DNA of 64,000 nt from Alphaproteobacteria bacterium (GTDB lineage Bacteria; Pseudomonadota; Alphaproteobacteria; Bin95), in NCBI GenBank assembly GCA_038102935.1, contig JAYNYG010000006.1, forward strand, positions 38,748 to 102,747, given 5' to 3'. The notes beneath the pieces were generated by a model that was not told where the DNA came from, made no database searches, and saw only the letters and a list, made by a program, of their open reading frames with translations. Position numbers and translations under genes: made by a program. The first letter of the stretch is position 1. Every line of letters starts with the position of its first letter. Positions 1 through 9,243 of this stretch are shown here, one piece after another.

Positions 1-73
1 TCGTGTTTGGCAAGTAGGTCTTTGTTTAGGACACTGAGAGAAAAGTGATGCGGACTTCTGAGGGAATTTCGAA

Positions 74-331
74 TTATGAATAGTGGTACCGACAGGATAG
101 AACGACCAATGCATCAGCCTCTATCCGATAGACCAAACGGTGTTCATGATCGATCCGTCGTGACCAGCAGCCTGAGAGGGCGTGTTTGAGGGCTTCTGGT
201 TTCCCGACGCCTGCAAAAGGTTCGCGCAGCGCCGCATCAATGAGGTCAAGAATCCTGCGCGCCTTACGGGCGTCAGCCTTTATCCAATATTGCAAGTCTT
301 CAAGCGCTTGAGGATCAATCTCCAAGCGCAT
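74..331 (-). CDS. yoeB: Txe/YoeB family toxin (type II TA, ribosome-dependent mRNase)
   Basis: 85 aa; EDLQYW...ILDLI...PFAGVGKPEALKHALSGCWSRRIDHEHRLVY...SCRYHY is the characteristic YoeB pattern; overlaps the upstream antitoxin by 17 bp. Confidence 0.95.
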   Translation of the reverse strand: MRLEIDPQALEDLQYWIKADARKARRILDLIDAALREPFAGVGKPEALKHALSGCWSRRIDHEHRLVYRIEADALVVLSCRYHYS

Positions 332-602
332 GTTTTAGGTCGTCAATACTGGAGAATTGGCGACGATCTTCTGGACTGCGTGTGATAGCTTGATCCAGTT
401 TTGCTGCATTAGCTGGCGACCGCAGCAGATAGGCAGTCTGATCTAATGATTCGTAATCACTAAGCGGCAGCACCACCATATCCTCACCATTACGGCGCGT
501 AATTCGCAATGGTTGACGTGTACTCGCCAGTTCATCAAGCACTGATTTAATATGTTGGCGCAGTTGGCTGACAGAAATAGCGTCGCGCAAGGTCATCAGC
601 AT
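315..602 (-). CDS. yefM: Phd/YefM family antitoxin
   Basis: 95 aa; SVSQLRQHIKSVLDEL...PLRITRRNGEDMVVLPLSDYESLDQTAYLLRSPANAAKL matches YefM; start may be the second Met (596). Confidence 0.93.
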   Translation of the reverse strand: MLMTLRDAISVSQLRQHIKSVLDELASTRQPLRITRRNGEDMVVLPLSDYESLDQTAYLLRSPANAAKLDQAITRSPEDRRQFSSIDDLKHALGD

Positions 603-624
603 AAACTTTCAGACATGTATAAAA

Positions 625-664
625 CGTACAGTAGTACTGTACGACATTGCGCCATGCATTGCAA
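625..664 (-). promoter_or_regulatory. sigma70 promoter of yefM-yoeB with overlapping palindromic operator
   Basis: Minus strand TTGCAA (664-659), 17 nt, TACAGT (641-636); perfect 9-1-9 inverted repeat CGTACAGTA-G-TACTGTACG at 625-643 covers the -10 box. Confidence 0.75.
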
Positions 665-692
665 ATTTCCTGATGCTGTGAACGACCTCGAA

Positions 693-1577
693 CTACTCCG
701 CCGCCTCTGTCCGCACACCCAGTCCAATATCATCCGTCTCAATCGTCAGGCGGTGCATGATGCGGGTGTCGGGCCAGTAGTCGGCGACGGCGTAGTGTAG
801 GCTGCAGCGGTTGTCCCAGAAGGCGATGGTGCCGGGGCGCCAGTTTAGGCGGTATTGGAATTCGGGCTTGGCGCAATGGCGCGTCAGCATGGCGTGCAGG
901 CCTTCGCTTTCATATTTCGTCACGCCTAGGATCGCCGCCGTGAAGCTTTCTGAGAAATAGAGCGCCTGTTCGCCGGTCACTGGATGCACCGGAACCAATG
1001 GGTGCTGGACGGGCGGGTTTTCGTCCCGGGTTTTCAGCATACCGGCGCGGGCTTCGCCCTCCCAGTTGCGGGCTTTTTCGGGCGAGGAATGCAAACGCAT
1101 GAAATCATAGAGGCCCATTTTGTCGGCCAACAGGCTGCGCATCGCGTCTGACAATCCACGCCATGCCGCCGTTAGCGATACAAAGATCGTGTCGCCGCCG
1201 ATTTCTGGCGGCGCTTCGGCCTTCAGCAGAGAGGCGAATTCAGGCTTGGCGCGGAACATGCCGTCTGCGTGGAAGTGGTCGATATAAGGCGGGCGCTCCC
1301 GATCATTGACGATGACGGAAACTTCGGGCGCATCATCTGTGGTGTCGAAGGCGGCGCGCCGGGCTTTTCGGAGGCGGCCAAAGCGTTTGGCAAATGCGGC
1401 TTGCTCTTGCGGGCTTACATCTTGGTCCCGAAAGAACACTACTTGATGCGCCATGAGTGCGGCATGGATTTCGGCGTTGGCGGCGTCGCTCAGCGGTTGC
1501 TTTAGATCAACGCCGGTAATGAAGGCCCCGCAATTGCGGGAGGCAGGCGTGACAGTGATTTGGGCATAGTCCGACAT
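693..1577 (-). CDS. TauD/TfdA family Fe(II)/2-oxoglutarate dioxygenase
   Basis: 294 aa; GAFITGVDL, HQVVFFRDQ, H-x-D (FHAD), GGDT, WDNRCSLHYA. Confidence 0.92.
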   Translation of the reverse strand: MSDYAQITVTPASRNCGAFITGVDLKQPLSDAANAEIHAALMAHQVVFFRDQDVSPQEQAAFAKRFGRLRKARRAAFDTTDDAPEVSVIVNDRERPPYIDHFHADGMFRAKPEFASLLKAEAPPEIGGDTIFVSLTAAWRGLSDAMRSLLADKMGLYDFMRLHSSPEKARNWEGEARAGMLKTRDENPPVQHPLVPVHPVTGEQALYFSESFTAAILGVTKYESEGLHAMLTRHCAKPEFQYRLNWRPGTIAFWDNRCSLHYAVADYWPDTRIMHRLTIETDDIGLGVRTEAAE

Positions 1578-1693
1578 GGCTTGGCTCCGGGCGTCGATTG
1601 TCTCGCTTGAATCAATCGCGCATCGGGCCTCTGGTCAATGGCGACTATTTCAGTCCATCCTTACCGAAAGTGCTTTGAGAAGGAGCAAGAGAT

Positions 1694-2479
1694 ATGCGTT
1701 GGGTACGGTATGAAGTTAGCGGCAAGGAAACCTTCGGCATCGTTGAAGGCGACCAGATTATTGATGTCACAGGCGATCCGTTTGACGGCTATGAGCGCAA
1801 ATCTTCCTCCCGCCCGCTGAACGACACGAAGCTGCTGGCGCCGGTCATGCCGCGCACGTTTTACGCGGCGGGGCTGAACTATGCGGATCATGTCACTGCC
1901 GCCGCCAACGCCCGCGGTGATATTCCGAACTTGCCCGAAGCGGCGGATATCGGCTACCGGGCCGTCAACTCGATCACCGGCCATGAAGACCCGATCATTG
2001 TGCCCGCCGACGCAACGGACCTGCTGCAATATGAAGGCGAGATTGTCGTCGTTATCGGCAAGGAAGCCAAGCATCTGACGGAAGAAACCGTGTGGGACTG
2101 CATCCTCGGCTACACCATTGGCAATGACGTTTCCGAACGAACCTGGCAACGTGGCGACCGCACCATGTGGCGCGGCAAGAATACGGATACCTTCGCCCCC
2201 ATGGGCCCCTGGATCGAAACCGATCTGGACCTTGAAGCGGCCATGACGACGGTGCGCGTCAATGGCGAAGAGAAGATCACGTTCAAAACCACATCCATGA
2301 TTTTCGGCATTGCAGAATTCCTGATCCGCATGTCGCAATACTGCACGCTCTACCCGCGCGACGTGGTGTGGATGGGCACAGAAGGCGTCACGGACAATAT
2401 GGTGAACGGCGACATTTGTGAGATTGAGATCACGGGCATTGGACTGCTGCGAAACACGGTAAAATGGCAAGGAAAATAG
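1694..2479 (+). CDS. Fumarylacetoacetate hydrolase family protein
   Basis: 261 aa; AGLNYADH, YEGEIVVVIGK, GYTIGNDVSER, GKNTDTFAPMGPWI, GT motif; RBS AAGGAG. Confidence 0.92.
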   Translation: MRWVRYEVSGKETFGIVEGDQIIDVTGDPFDGYERKSSSRPLNDTKLLAPVMPRTFYAAGLNYADHVTAAANARGDIPNLPEAADIGYRAVNSITGHEDPIIVPADATDLLQYEGEIVVVIGKEAKHLTEETVWDCILGYTIGNDVSERTWQRGDRTMWRGKNTDTFAPMGPWIETDLDLEAAMTTVRVNGEEKITFKTTSMIFGIAEFLIRMSQYCTLYPRDVVWMGTEGVTDNMVNGDICEIEITGIGLLRNTVKWQGK

Positions 2480-2613
2480 CTATTTAGTCGCATATTGGGC
2501 CATTTCCTTGATTGCTGGTTCACGCTAATTTCGTTAACACTCTTGCTGGGCGGCTGGATGTTTTTTCAGTAGCTTGGCGTCGGCCAGGCTTCACCATGTA
2601 TGGGGAGCGGGCG

Positions 2614-3849
2614 ATGACCGCGACGATTACTTCGAATTTTGCGCATGGCCTTCTGGGATTCCGCATCACGGCTGGCGCAGGCGAGAATTTAGGCAGCGGC
2701 ATTAAGCTCGTCGATGATTTCAATGGCGACGGCCTGGCGGATATCATCATGTCCGGCCCCTTGCAGGCGACGACGGACACTGTTGTTCTATACGGCGACG
2801 CGGCCTTGGGCGCCGGCGGCCAGGTTGATCTTTCCAGTCTCGCCGCCGCTGACGGATTCCGCATCGACCTGAACGGCAATGGCAACGTCAACAGCGGCCT
2901 TGGCGGCGGAGATGTCAATGGCGATGGCTTGACGGACCTGCTTCTGGTCAACGATTCCAACAACGATGGATTTGTGCTGTTCGGCACGCAGGACATGATC
3001 TACGGATCGCTGGCCATGTCTGCTTTGGACGGTTCGAACAGCTTTGAGATCGTCGATAACGCCAATGCTAAAAGTTTCCAAGTCGGCGAAGCGAACGGCG
3101 ACTTTAACGGCGACGGATTCGACGATGTCATCGTCAATGATGCGGCGAACCCGCATCTTCGATCCGTTATATTCGGAGGCGCGGCCTTTGCGGCGGACTT
3201 TGATGTTGCGCAGCTCGATGGTGCGGACGGTTTTCAAGTCGACAGCACGGACATAGCCCCCGCTTTTGGCGATTTTGTCGGCGATTTCAACGGCGATGGC
3301 TTTGACGACATGCTGTTCTGGGCGCAGGGCATCGGCAACGGCGATGGAACAACAGGCGCCGGGGCGGTGGTGTTCGGCGGGCAGGCGATAGCTGCCTCAA
3401 GTTCGATTGACGATCTGGATGACGAAGGCGTTGGCCTTAGGCTCAAGAGCGCGAACAATCTGCAGGACCGAACGGCGGTCGGCATCGGCGACATTAACGG
3501 CGACGGCCTGACCGATATCTTTGTCGCCGACTCGTCTGCGCTGGCCGACGGCGGCGGCGTTGTTGTCTTCGGCAGGGCGGATAGCGGCATCGTCGTTGAC
3601 TTCGGCGCACTTGACGGCACGGATGGATTCCGTGTCGTTCCGCCCGCTGGCCAGAACCTTAATGTGGCCGATTTCAACAACGTAGCAGCCGCTGGAGACT
3701 TCAACGGCGATGGCATCGATGATTTTGTCATCGGCGCGCGCGGTTTCCAACCCCAACAACACGGGCCGAGTATACGTCATCTTCGGGCGTACGACCGGTT
3801 TCGCCGCCAATCTCGATGTCGAAGACTTGGACTTCGACGAGGGCTTTAA
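2614..3849 (+). CDS. FG-GAP/integrin-alpha repeat RTX protein, N-terminal part (frame broken near 3744-3746)
   Basis: Six GD(F/V/I)NGDG-x-x-D repeats; after IGARGF the frame turns into non-repeat sequence; start moved to ATG 2614 (RBS GGGGAG at 2602-2607). Confidence 0.8.
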   Translation: MTATITSNFAHGLLGFRITAGAGENLGSGIKLVDDFNGDGLADIIMSGPLQATTDTVVLYGDAALGAGGQVDLSSLAAADGFRIDLNGNGNVNSGLGGGDVNGDGLTDLLLVNDSNNDGFVLFGTQDMIYGSLAMSALDGSNSFEIVDNANAKSFQVGEANGDFNGDGFDDVIVNDAANPHLRSVIFGGAAFAADFDVAQLDGADGFQVDSTDIAPAFGDFVGDFNGDGFDDMLFWAQGIGNGDGTTGAGAVVFGGQAIAASSSIDDLDDEGVGLRLKSANNLQDRTAVGIGDINGDGLTDIFVADSSALADGGGVVVFGRADSGIVVDFGALDGTDGFRVVPPAGQNLNVADFNNVAAAGDFNGDGIDDFVIGARGFQPQQHGPSIRHLRAYDRFRRQSRCRRLGLRRGL

Positions 3850-5935
3850 GGTCGTCAATGACGAAGGCGGAACCTTCGGGGTCACGGTTTCCGGCGGCGC
3901 GGACTTCAACGGCGACGGTTTCGAAGATATCGCCATCGGCGGCGGCGTGAACTCTGCAGGCCTCGAAGAACAAACAATCCTGCTAGGGCGCGATTTCGCC
4001 GGCGGCGCCCAAGTCGGCGGCGATGGGGCGGATACATTCACCGGTGATGCCCACACCATTGACCGGTTTTTCGGCGGCCTAGGCGATGATACTCTGAATG
4101 GCGCCGGAGATGCTGACGTGCTTTCCGGTGGCGCTGGGGACGACATCATTATTATTGGCAGCGGTAATTTCGCCCGCGTCGATGGCGGCAGCGGGAACGA
4201 CATTCTGCGGATTCCAGGTAGCGCCGGGGTCATGCTTGACTTCACACAGGCAGGCCTTGAAGGCGTGCATTCCATTGAAACGATTGACCTTTGCGGCGGT
4301 TCTGGCAATTTTCTGAAGATCCGGCCCGTTGATGTGGCCGGCCTTTCCGAAACCACAAACAAGCTGTTCGTCACCGGCGGCCCATCGGACGGCGTGACGC
4401 TCGTTGGCGATTCCTTGTTTGGCGATGCCGGGGACGCCCAGACTTTCGCGTTTGACGGTGTTGAAACCGTAGGCGCCGTGACCTTTGACCGGTTCGTCTC
4501 AGGCGCGCGGACGATCTCAATCCAACAGGGCATCGTCGTTAACCGTGAAGTATCAATCGCTGACTTGGCGGATGAATCTATCCGCTTCTTGGAAGTCGAT
4601 GGCGACTTTGGCGGCAACCCGGCGGCATTTGGCATCGGCACGGCTGGGACGCTTGGCGCGGACTTGAACGGCGACGGTCTGAGCGATGTATTGGTCGGCG
4701 GACCGAGGCCGGTGAACGGTAATGGCGTCATATTTGATATTCGGGCGGATGAGTTGCCAGGTTCTGGCGATTTTGATCTCGAAGGCGAAGACAACTTCAA
4801 TTTCAACGATGGCCAAGGCAACGTTGTGGCATCTGTCGGGGATATCAACGGCGATGGATTCGATGATTATGTCCAGCCACAGCCGAATAATAATTCGAAC
4901 GAAGGATATGCGGCGATCGAGTTTGGGAATGCTGGAGCGAGTCGGACGAACAATTATGACCCTGCCAATGCGCAGGCCGGGTCGACAGGGCAGTTTGGTT
5001 TTGATGTCAGCGGCGGTGGGGATTTCAACGGCGATGGCATTGCTGACTTCATCGGCGGCGCGCCCCGCTTTGATGGCGCGCCAGGCGCAGAGAGTGGCCG
5101 TGCCTATGTAATCTTCGGTCAAGATGTTGCTGCTGGCAGCTTTAACATTGACCTTAATACGCTAGACGGAACGGACGGCGTCTTGCTTGATGGCGTGACC
5201 GCTGGCACGCGCTTTGGCCAAGGCGTCGAAAGCCTTGGGGACGTCAATGGCGACGGCCTGAATGATTTTGCAATCGCTGCGCCGTTCCTGGACAACTTCG
5301 GCAATAACACCGGTTCCGTCTTTGTCGTGTTTGGCCAAGTTGGCGGTTTTGGGCCGACCTTCGATGTGACGTCATTGAATGGGCAAAATGGCTTCCGTAT
5401 CGATGGCGATACGAACATCCTGCAACATCGCCTGCTTGATGTTCGTGATGCTGGCGACGTAAATAACGACGGCTTTGACGACATCCTGATTTCCGGCGTT
5501 GCGACGCAATCGCGGCATATCGTGTTCGGCTCAAATTTCCCCCTCACGATAGTAGGCCTGGAGACGTTAGACGGGGGGAATGGCTTTGAGATCACAGGTT
5601 TCGACAGCGCCGCCGGCGCAAATGATTCCGCCTCGGCTGGTGACTTCAACGGAGACGGGATCAGCGATATCGCCTTTGACGACAACGGCTCCAACGGCGG
5701 TGCAGGCCGCGCGGTAATTATGTTTGGCCGAACTGATGGTTTCGCGGCCAATGAAGACGTAGAAGCATTCAGCGATGATCAAGGTCTAATTATCAACGGC
5801 GATACAGCGAACGAGAACTTCGGCAAGATCGGCCGACAGCCAGGCGACGTAAACGGCGACGGCTTCTCCGATATCCTGATAGGCGCGCCGGGCGCCACTG
5901 GCGGCAACGGCGAATCACACTTGGTCTTTGGCGCA
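2710..5935 (+). repeat. 14 coding FG-GAP repeats (two blocks of 7), DNA core about GGCGA(T/C)TTCAACGGCGA(T/C)GG
   Basis: 7 repeats in about 2710-3940 and 7 in about 4655-5935, counted in the two translations; block boundaries approximate. Confidence 0.85.
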
Positions 5936-6790
5936 GGCCAAGTCGATGAGCTAGGCACGGGCGCTGCCGAAAGCTTGAATGGCAGCGGCAATGATGATGT
6001 CATTTTCGGCCTTGGCGACAATGACACACTGCGCGGCGGTAACGGCGAAGACACGCTGAAAGGCGGCGAGGGCAACGACATTCTGGTCGGCCAAGAGGGC
6101 GATGACATCCTCATCGGCGGCGCTGGCCTGGACCGTTTGAACGGCGGAACGGGCGAATACGTTATGCGCGGCGGCGACGGCAACGACATCTACACCGTCG
6201 ATAATTTGGATGACGTCGTGGTGGAACGCTTTGACGAAGGTATAGACCGCATCAATACGTCGGTTAGCTACACTAATCCGGGCCATGTGGAATTGCTTGT
6301 GGTTGACCCTGGCAGCCAAGGCCTGTTCCTGAATGGCAGTGTGTTCCGAGATCAGATTACCGGCGCCAACAAGATCAGCATCGGTGATACGATTTCCGGC
6401 AATGACGGAAACGATCTGCTCGTCGGGCGTGTCGGCAATGACACATTGAACGGCGATGATGGCAATGATCGTCTATTTGGCAACTCAGGCAACGACACTT
6501 TCAATGGCGGTCACGGTAATGATGTGATGACCGGCCAGTCAGGCATAGACACATATCTGTTCGACATGGCGCCCGGCCGCGATTCGATCACGGACTTCGC
6601 CACGGGCACGGATATCTTGGACGTTAGCGGCTTCTTTACTGACTTGGCCGAAGTGCAAGCGGCAACGGTTGATGTTGGCGGCAACGCCCAGATCACATTT
6701 GGTCCAGGCGGCAACTTCTTGACTTTGATTGGCGTTACCGAAGCGGAGCTTTCCAGCGGCGATTTCGTGTTCGGTCCGGGAACAATGTAA
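3710..6790 (+). CDS. FG-GAP + RTX (hemolysin-type Ca-binding) protein, C-terminal part; probable T1SS substrate
   Basis: Continues the repeat from NPNNTGRVYVIFG; 8 further FG-GAP repeats; GGxGxDxLx nonapeptides in two blocks; C-terminal RDSITDF...DILDVSGF...LTLIGVTEAELSSGDFVF tail typical of RTX proteins. Confidence 0.88.
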   Translation: MASMILSSARAVSNPNNTGRVYVIFGRTTGFAANLDVEDLDFDEGFKVVNDEGGTFGVTVSGGADFNGDGFEDIAIGGGVNSAGLEEQTILLGRDFAGGAQVGGDGADTFTGDAHTIDRFFGGLGDDTLNGAGDADVLSGGAGDDIIIIGSGNFARVDGGSGNDILRIPGSAGVMLDFTQAGLEGVHSIETIDLCGGSGNFLKIRPVDVAGLSETTNKLFVTGGPSDGVTLVGDSLFGDAGDAQTFAFDGVETVGAVTFDRFVSGARTISIQQGIVVNREVSIADLADESIRFLEVDGDFGGNPAAFGIGTAGTLGADLNGDGLSDVLVGGPRPVNGNGVIFDIRADELPGSGDFDLEGEDNFNFNDGQGNVVASVGDINGDGFDDYVQPQPNNNSNEGYAAIEFGNAGASRTNNYDPANAQAGSTGQFGFDVSGGGDFNGDGIADFIGGAPRFDGAPGAESGRAYVIFGQDVAAGSFNIDLNTLDGTDGVLLDGVTAGTRFGQGVESLGDVNGDGLNDFAIAAPFLDNFGNNTGSVFVVFGQVGGFGPTFDVTSLNGQNGFRIDGDTNILQHRLLDVRDAGDVNNDGFDDILISGVATQSRHIVFGSNFPLTIVGLETLDGGNGFEITGFDSAAGANDSASAGDFNGDGISDIAFDDNGSNGGAGRAVIMFGRTDGFAANEDVEAFSDDQGLIINGDTANENFGKIGRQPGDVNGDGFSDILIGAPGATGGNGESHLVFGAGQVDELGTGAAESLNGSGNDDVIFGLGDNDTLRGGNGEDTLKGGEGNDILVGQEGDDILIGGAGLDRLNGGTGEYVMRGGDGNDIYTVDNLDDVVVERFDEGIDRINTSVSYTNPGHVELLVVDPGSQGLFLNGSVFRDQITGANKISIGDTISGNDGNDLLVGRVGNDTLNGDDGNDRLFGNSGNDTFNGGHGNDVMTGQSGIDTYLFDMAPGRDSITDFATGTDILDVSGFFTDLAEVQAATVDVGGNAQITFGPGGNFLTLIGVTEAELSSGDFVFGPGTM

Positions 6791-6812
6791 GGCGGGTTTG
6801 CTGGAAAGGCGC

Positions 6813-7961
6813 CTACTCCAAAGTCTCCAACAGCCGGATAATTAACTGCGTGCGCGGTTTGATAGAAGCGACCAGGAGACGTTCTTCCTCAGTGTGGGCG
6901 CCGTCGCCGTCTACGCCGAGGCCGTCTAGCGTCGGGATGCCGAGGGCAGCGGTGAAGTTGCCGTCGCTGAACCCGCCGGTGGCGGTGTCGTCCAGGCTTT
7001 CCATGCCGATATCGAGCGCCAGCGCTTCTGCGCGTTCATGCAATGCGGCTATGGCGTCCGTCTTCGGATAGGGCGGACGGTTCAGCCCGCCTTCGATCTC
7101 TAGGCGCACTTCTGGATCGACGGGGGAAAGGCTGTCCATGACGGCGCAGGTGGCTTCAGCGGAGGCATCGTCCGGCAAACGGATATCCACCTCGATCTCT
7201 GCTAAGGCTGGGCGCACATTAGCGCCGCTGCCGCCCGTCCATAGGCCGACATTGGCCGTGACGCCGGTCTCGTAATCCGTCAGCGCTTCGATCTTGGCGA
7301 TCTGGCGGGCGGTTTCTAGCACGGCGCTGACGCCATCCTGGTGGCGCATCCCGGCGTGGCTTGGGCGGCCATGGGCGCGGATAACGTAGCGGGCGCAGCC
7401 TTTGCGCGCGGTCACGACTTTGTTGCCGTCACGGCCCGGTTCCAGCACCAGCACATATTTATTGGCTTGCCCCAGCGCCTCAATCAGATCGCGGCTGGTT
7501 GGGCTGCCGACCTCTTCATCGGGCGTGAATAGGAATGTGACGGGCAGGGGCGTTTCCCGGCCTGCGCGCACGAACTGGCGCAATGCGGCGACGCCCAAGC
7601 ACGCGCCGCCTTTCATGTCGTATACGCCAGGGCCGTAGAGATAGCCGTCGCGCTCTTCCAGTTTCAGCGCTTCATCAATCGTGCCGTGCGGATGCACCGT
7701 ATCCAGATGCGCCATGATCAGGATGCCCGGCCCATCGCCGCCCCAAGGCGAGCGCGCTATTACGCAATCGCCGAACCCGTCTCTGCCAGGGCTGCGGGTG
7801 ATGCTCATGCCGAGCGCCTCCATGGCGTTCTCAGCCACATCAACGACTTTGTTCACTGCGACGCCATCCTTAGACGGCGATTCAATCCCGGCCCATTGCT
7901 TGATGTCGGCCAGGATTTCGGCTTCGTCGACTTCTGGGATATTGGCGTTGGGCGCGCTCAT
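6813..7961 (-). CDS. M20 family metallopeptidase (glutamate carboxypeptidase G2-like)
   Basis: 382 aa; HLDTV, GPGVYDMKGG, DEEVGS, EP, GRPSHAG, DGLG...GAHTEEE. Confidence 0.92.
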   Translation of the reverse strand: MSAPNANIPEVDEAEILADIKQWAGIESPSKDGVAVNKVVDVAENAMEALGMSITRSPGRDGFGDCVIARSPWGGDGPGILIMAHLDTVHPHGTIDEALKLEERDGYLYGPGVYDMKGGACLGVAALRQFVRAGRETPLPVTFLFTPDEEVGSPTSRDLIEALGQANKYVLVLEPGRDGNKVVTARKGCARYVIRAHGRPSHAGMRHQDGVSAVLETARQIAKIEALTDYETGVTANVGLWTGGSGANVRPALAEIEVDIRLPDDASAEATCAVMDSLSPVDPEVRLEIEGGLNRPPYPKTDAIAALHERAEALALDIGMESLDDTATGGFSDGNFTAALGIPTLDGLGVDGDGAHTEEERLLVASIKPRTQLIIRLLETLE

Positions 7962-9151
7962 GATGCGTCCTCCGATTTGGCGGCATCTAAAGCTTGAACA
8001 GTTTCCGGCGTAATCGTCTCAAGCAAGCTGGCGAGCAGGGCGCAGCGAGGCGCAATGGAAGAGACGAGCAGATGTTCATCCAACGTGTGGGCGCCAGCGC
8101 CATCAACTCCGAGGCCATCCAGCGTTGGAATGCCCATAGCGGCAGTAAAGTTTCCGTCGCTGCCGCCGCCTGTTTGCGGCACGGTTTCGAGGTCAATGCC
8201 GATATCGCTCGCCAGCCCATGCGCGTGGTCGAAAAGCGCGGAGACGCCGGCAGTTCGCTCCATTGGCGGGCGGTTCAGGCCGCCAGTGACTTCCAAAGTG
8301 ACGCCGGGGATTTCAGCTTCCAGCGCGTTCATGCGTTCGTCAATTTCAGCAGCAAGGCCAGGCGTCGGAATGCGAATATCAATCTCTGCCGTTGCGCGCG
8401 AAGGAATGACGTTCACGGCGGTGCCAGCTTCGATCACACCAACATTCACGGTGACGCCTTTGCCATAGTCCGTCATGGCTTCAAGGCCCACAGTCTTGGC
8501 CGCGATTTCGCGGATCGCGCTGGCGCCGTCTTGATGGCGGGAGCCGGAATGGGCCGGTTTGCCTGTCGCAGTTAGATAGTAGCGGGCGGCGCCCTTGCGG
8601 GCCGTCACGATCTTGCCGCCTTCACGGGCTGGCTCGACGACCAATGTCACAGCGGCGCGCTTGGCCTCTGCCTCGATAGAGTCTTTGCTGGTGGGGCTGC
8701 CAGCCTCTTCATCGGGCATGACCATGATCGTGACCGGCATTGCTGGCCCGCTGCCAAGTTCCTTCAGCTTCCTGATTGCATGCAGCGCCAAGTAGGCGCC
8801 GCCTTTCATGTCATAAATACCGGGGCCGTAAAGCTTATCGCCATCCTGCTTGAACGGCAGCGTCTCCAGCGTTCCAACGGCATGAACGGTATCGGCGTGG
8901 GTCAGGACGAGCAGGCGGGGACTATTGGACTCAGCCTGGGTCTCTAGCTTCAGGATGTCACCGTAGCCGTCGCGGCCCGAAGTGCGGCTGACGGTGAGCC
9001 CGACGCTCTCCGCCTCTTTGGCTACGATATCCATCATACCGTTGACGGCGTCTGCATCTGGGCTTGGGCTTTCATGTTCAACCCAGGTGCGCAGCGTTTC
9101 GACGATGGCGTCTGTATCCATTGCAGCGAGTAGGCGGGCAGGGTCCGTCAC
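7958..9151 (-). CDS. M20 family metallopeptidase, tandem paralog
   Basis: 397 aa, GTG start; HADTV, GPGIYDMKGG, DEEAGS, GKPAHSG, DGLG...GAHTLDE; ATGA overlap with the downstream paralog. Confidence 0.92.
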   Translation of the reverse strand: MTDPARLLAAMDTDAIVETLRTWVEHESPSPDADAVNGMMDIVAKEAESVGLTVSRTSGRDGYGDILKLETQAESNSPRLLVLTHADTVHAVGTLETLPFKQDGDKLYGPGIYDMKGGAYLALHAIRKLKELGSGPAMPVTIMVMPDEEAGSPTSKDSIEAEAKRAAVTLVVEPAREGGKIVTARKGAARYYLTATGKPAHSGSRHQDGASAIREIAAKTVGLEAMTDYGKGVTVNVGVIEAGTAVNVIPSRATAEIDIRIPTPGLAAEIDERMNALEAEIPGVTLEVTGGLNRPPMERTAGVSALFDHAHGLASDIGIDLETVPQTGGGSDGNFTAAMGIPTLDGLGVDGAGAHTLDEHLLVSSIAPRCALLASLLETITPETVQALDAAKSEDAS

Positions 9152-9243
9152 GGCGGTCCTCCAGAAAGCGTGTGTTGCTGGAAAAGTACACTGGCGTGAT
9201 CATTGATGGCTATACCTCGCCGGGCCACGCTGTGTTGGAAGGG

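Noticed and set aside
36-73. GAGAAAAGTGATGCGGACTTCTGAGGGAATTTCGAA loosely resembles the reverse complement of a tRNA-Leu 3' end, i.e. a possible att remnant next to the TA module
   Set aside because: The match needs several gaps and mismatches; no cloverleaf, second copy or integrase in the window
596-617. 6-codon ORF (MSESLC) whose TGA overlaps the second yefM ATG
   Set aside because: Too short to distinguish from chance; no RBS or conservation evidence
1661-2470. 269-aa antisense ORF
   Set aside because: Shadow of the FAH-family gene; no motifs
2512-2613. Upstream extension of the FG-GAP ORF as given in the track
   Set aside because: No RBS; ATG 2614 has a GGGGAG RBS and begins repeat-like sequence
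3740-3756. Programmed ribosomal frameshift
   Set aside because: No X-XXY-YYZ heptamer or obvious stimulatory element; a homopolymer indel explains it more simply
2710-5935. Recurring ~20-bp DNA motif considered as a CRISPR or DGR repeat
   Set aside because: Copies are in-frame, vary at synonymous positions, are irregularly spaced, and no cas or RT gene is present
2520-6714. Long antisense ORFs (e.g. 3397-4848, 483 aa) rich in Ser/Pro
   Set aside because: Mirror of GAC/AAC/GGC codon bias in the Gly/Asp/Asn-rich RTX gene
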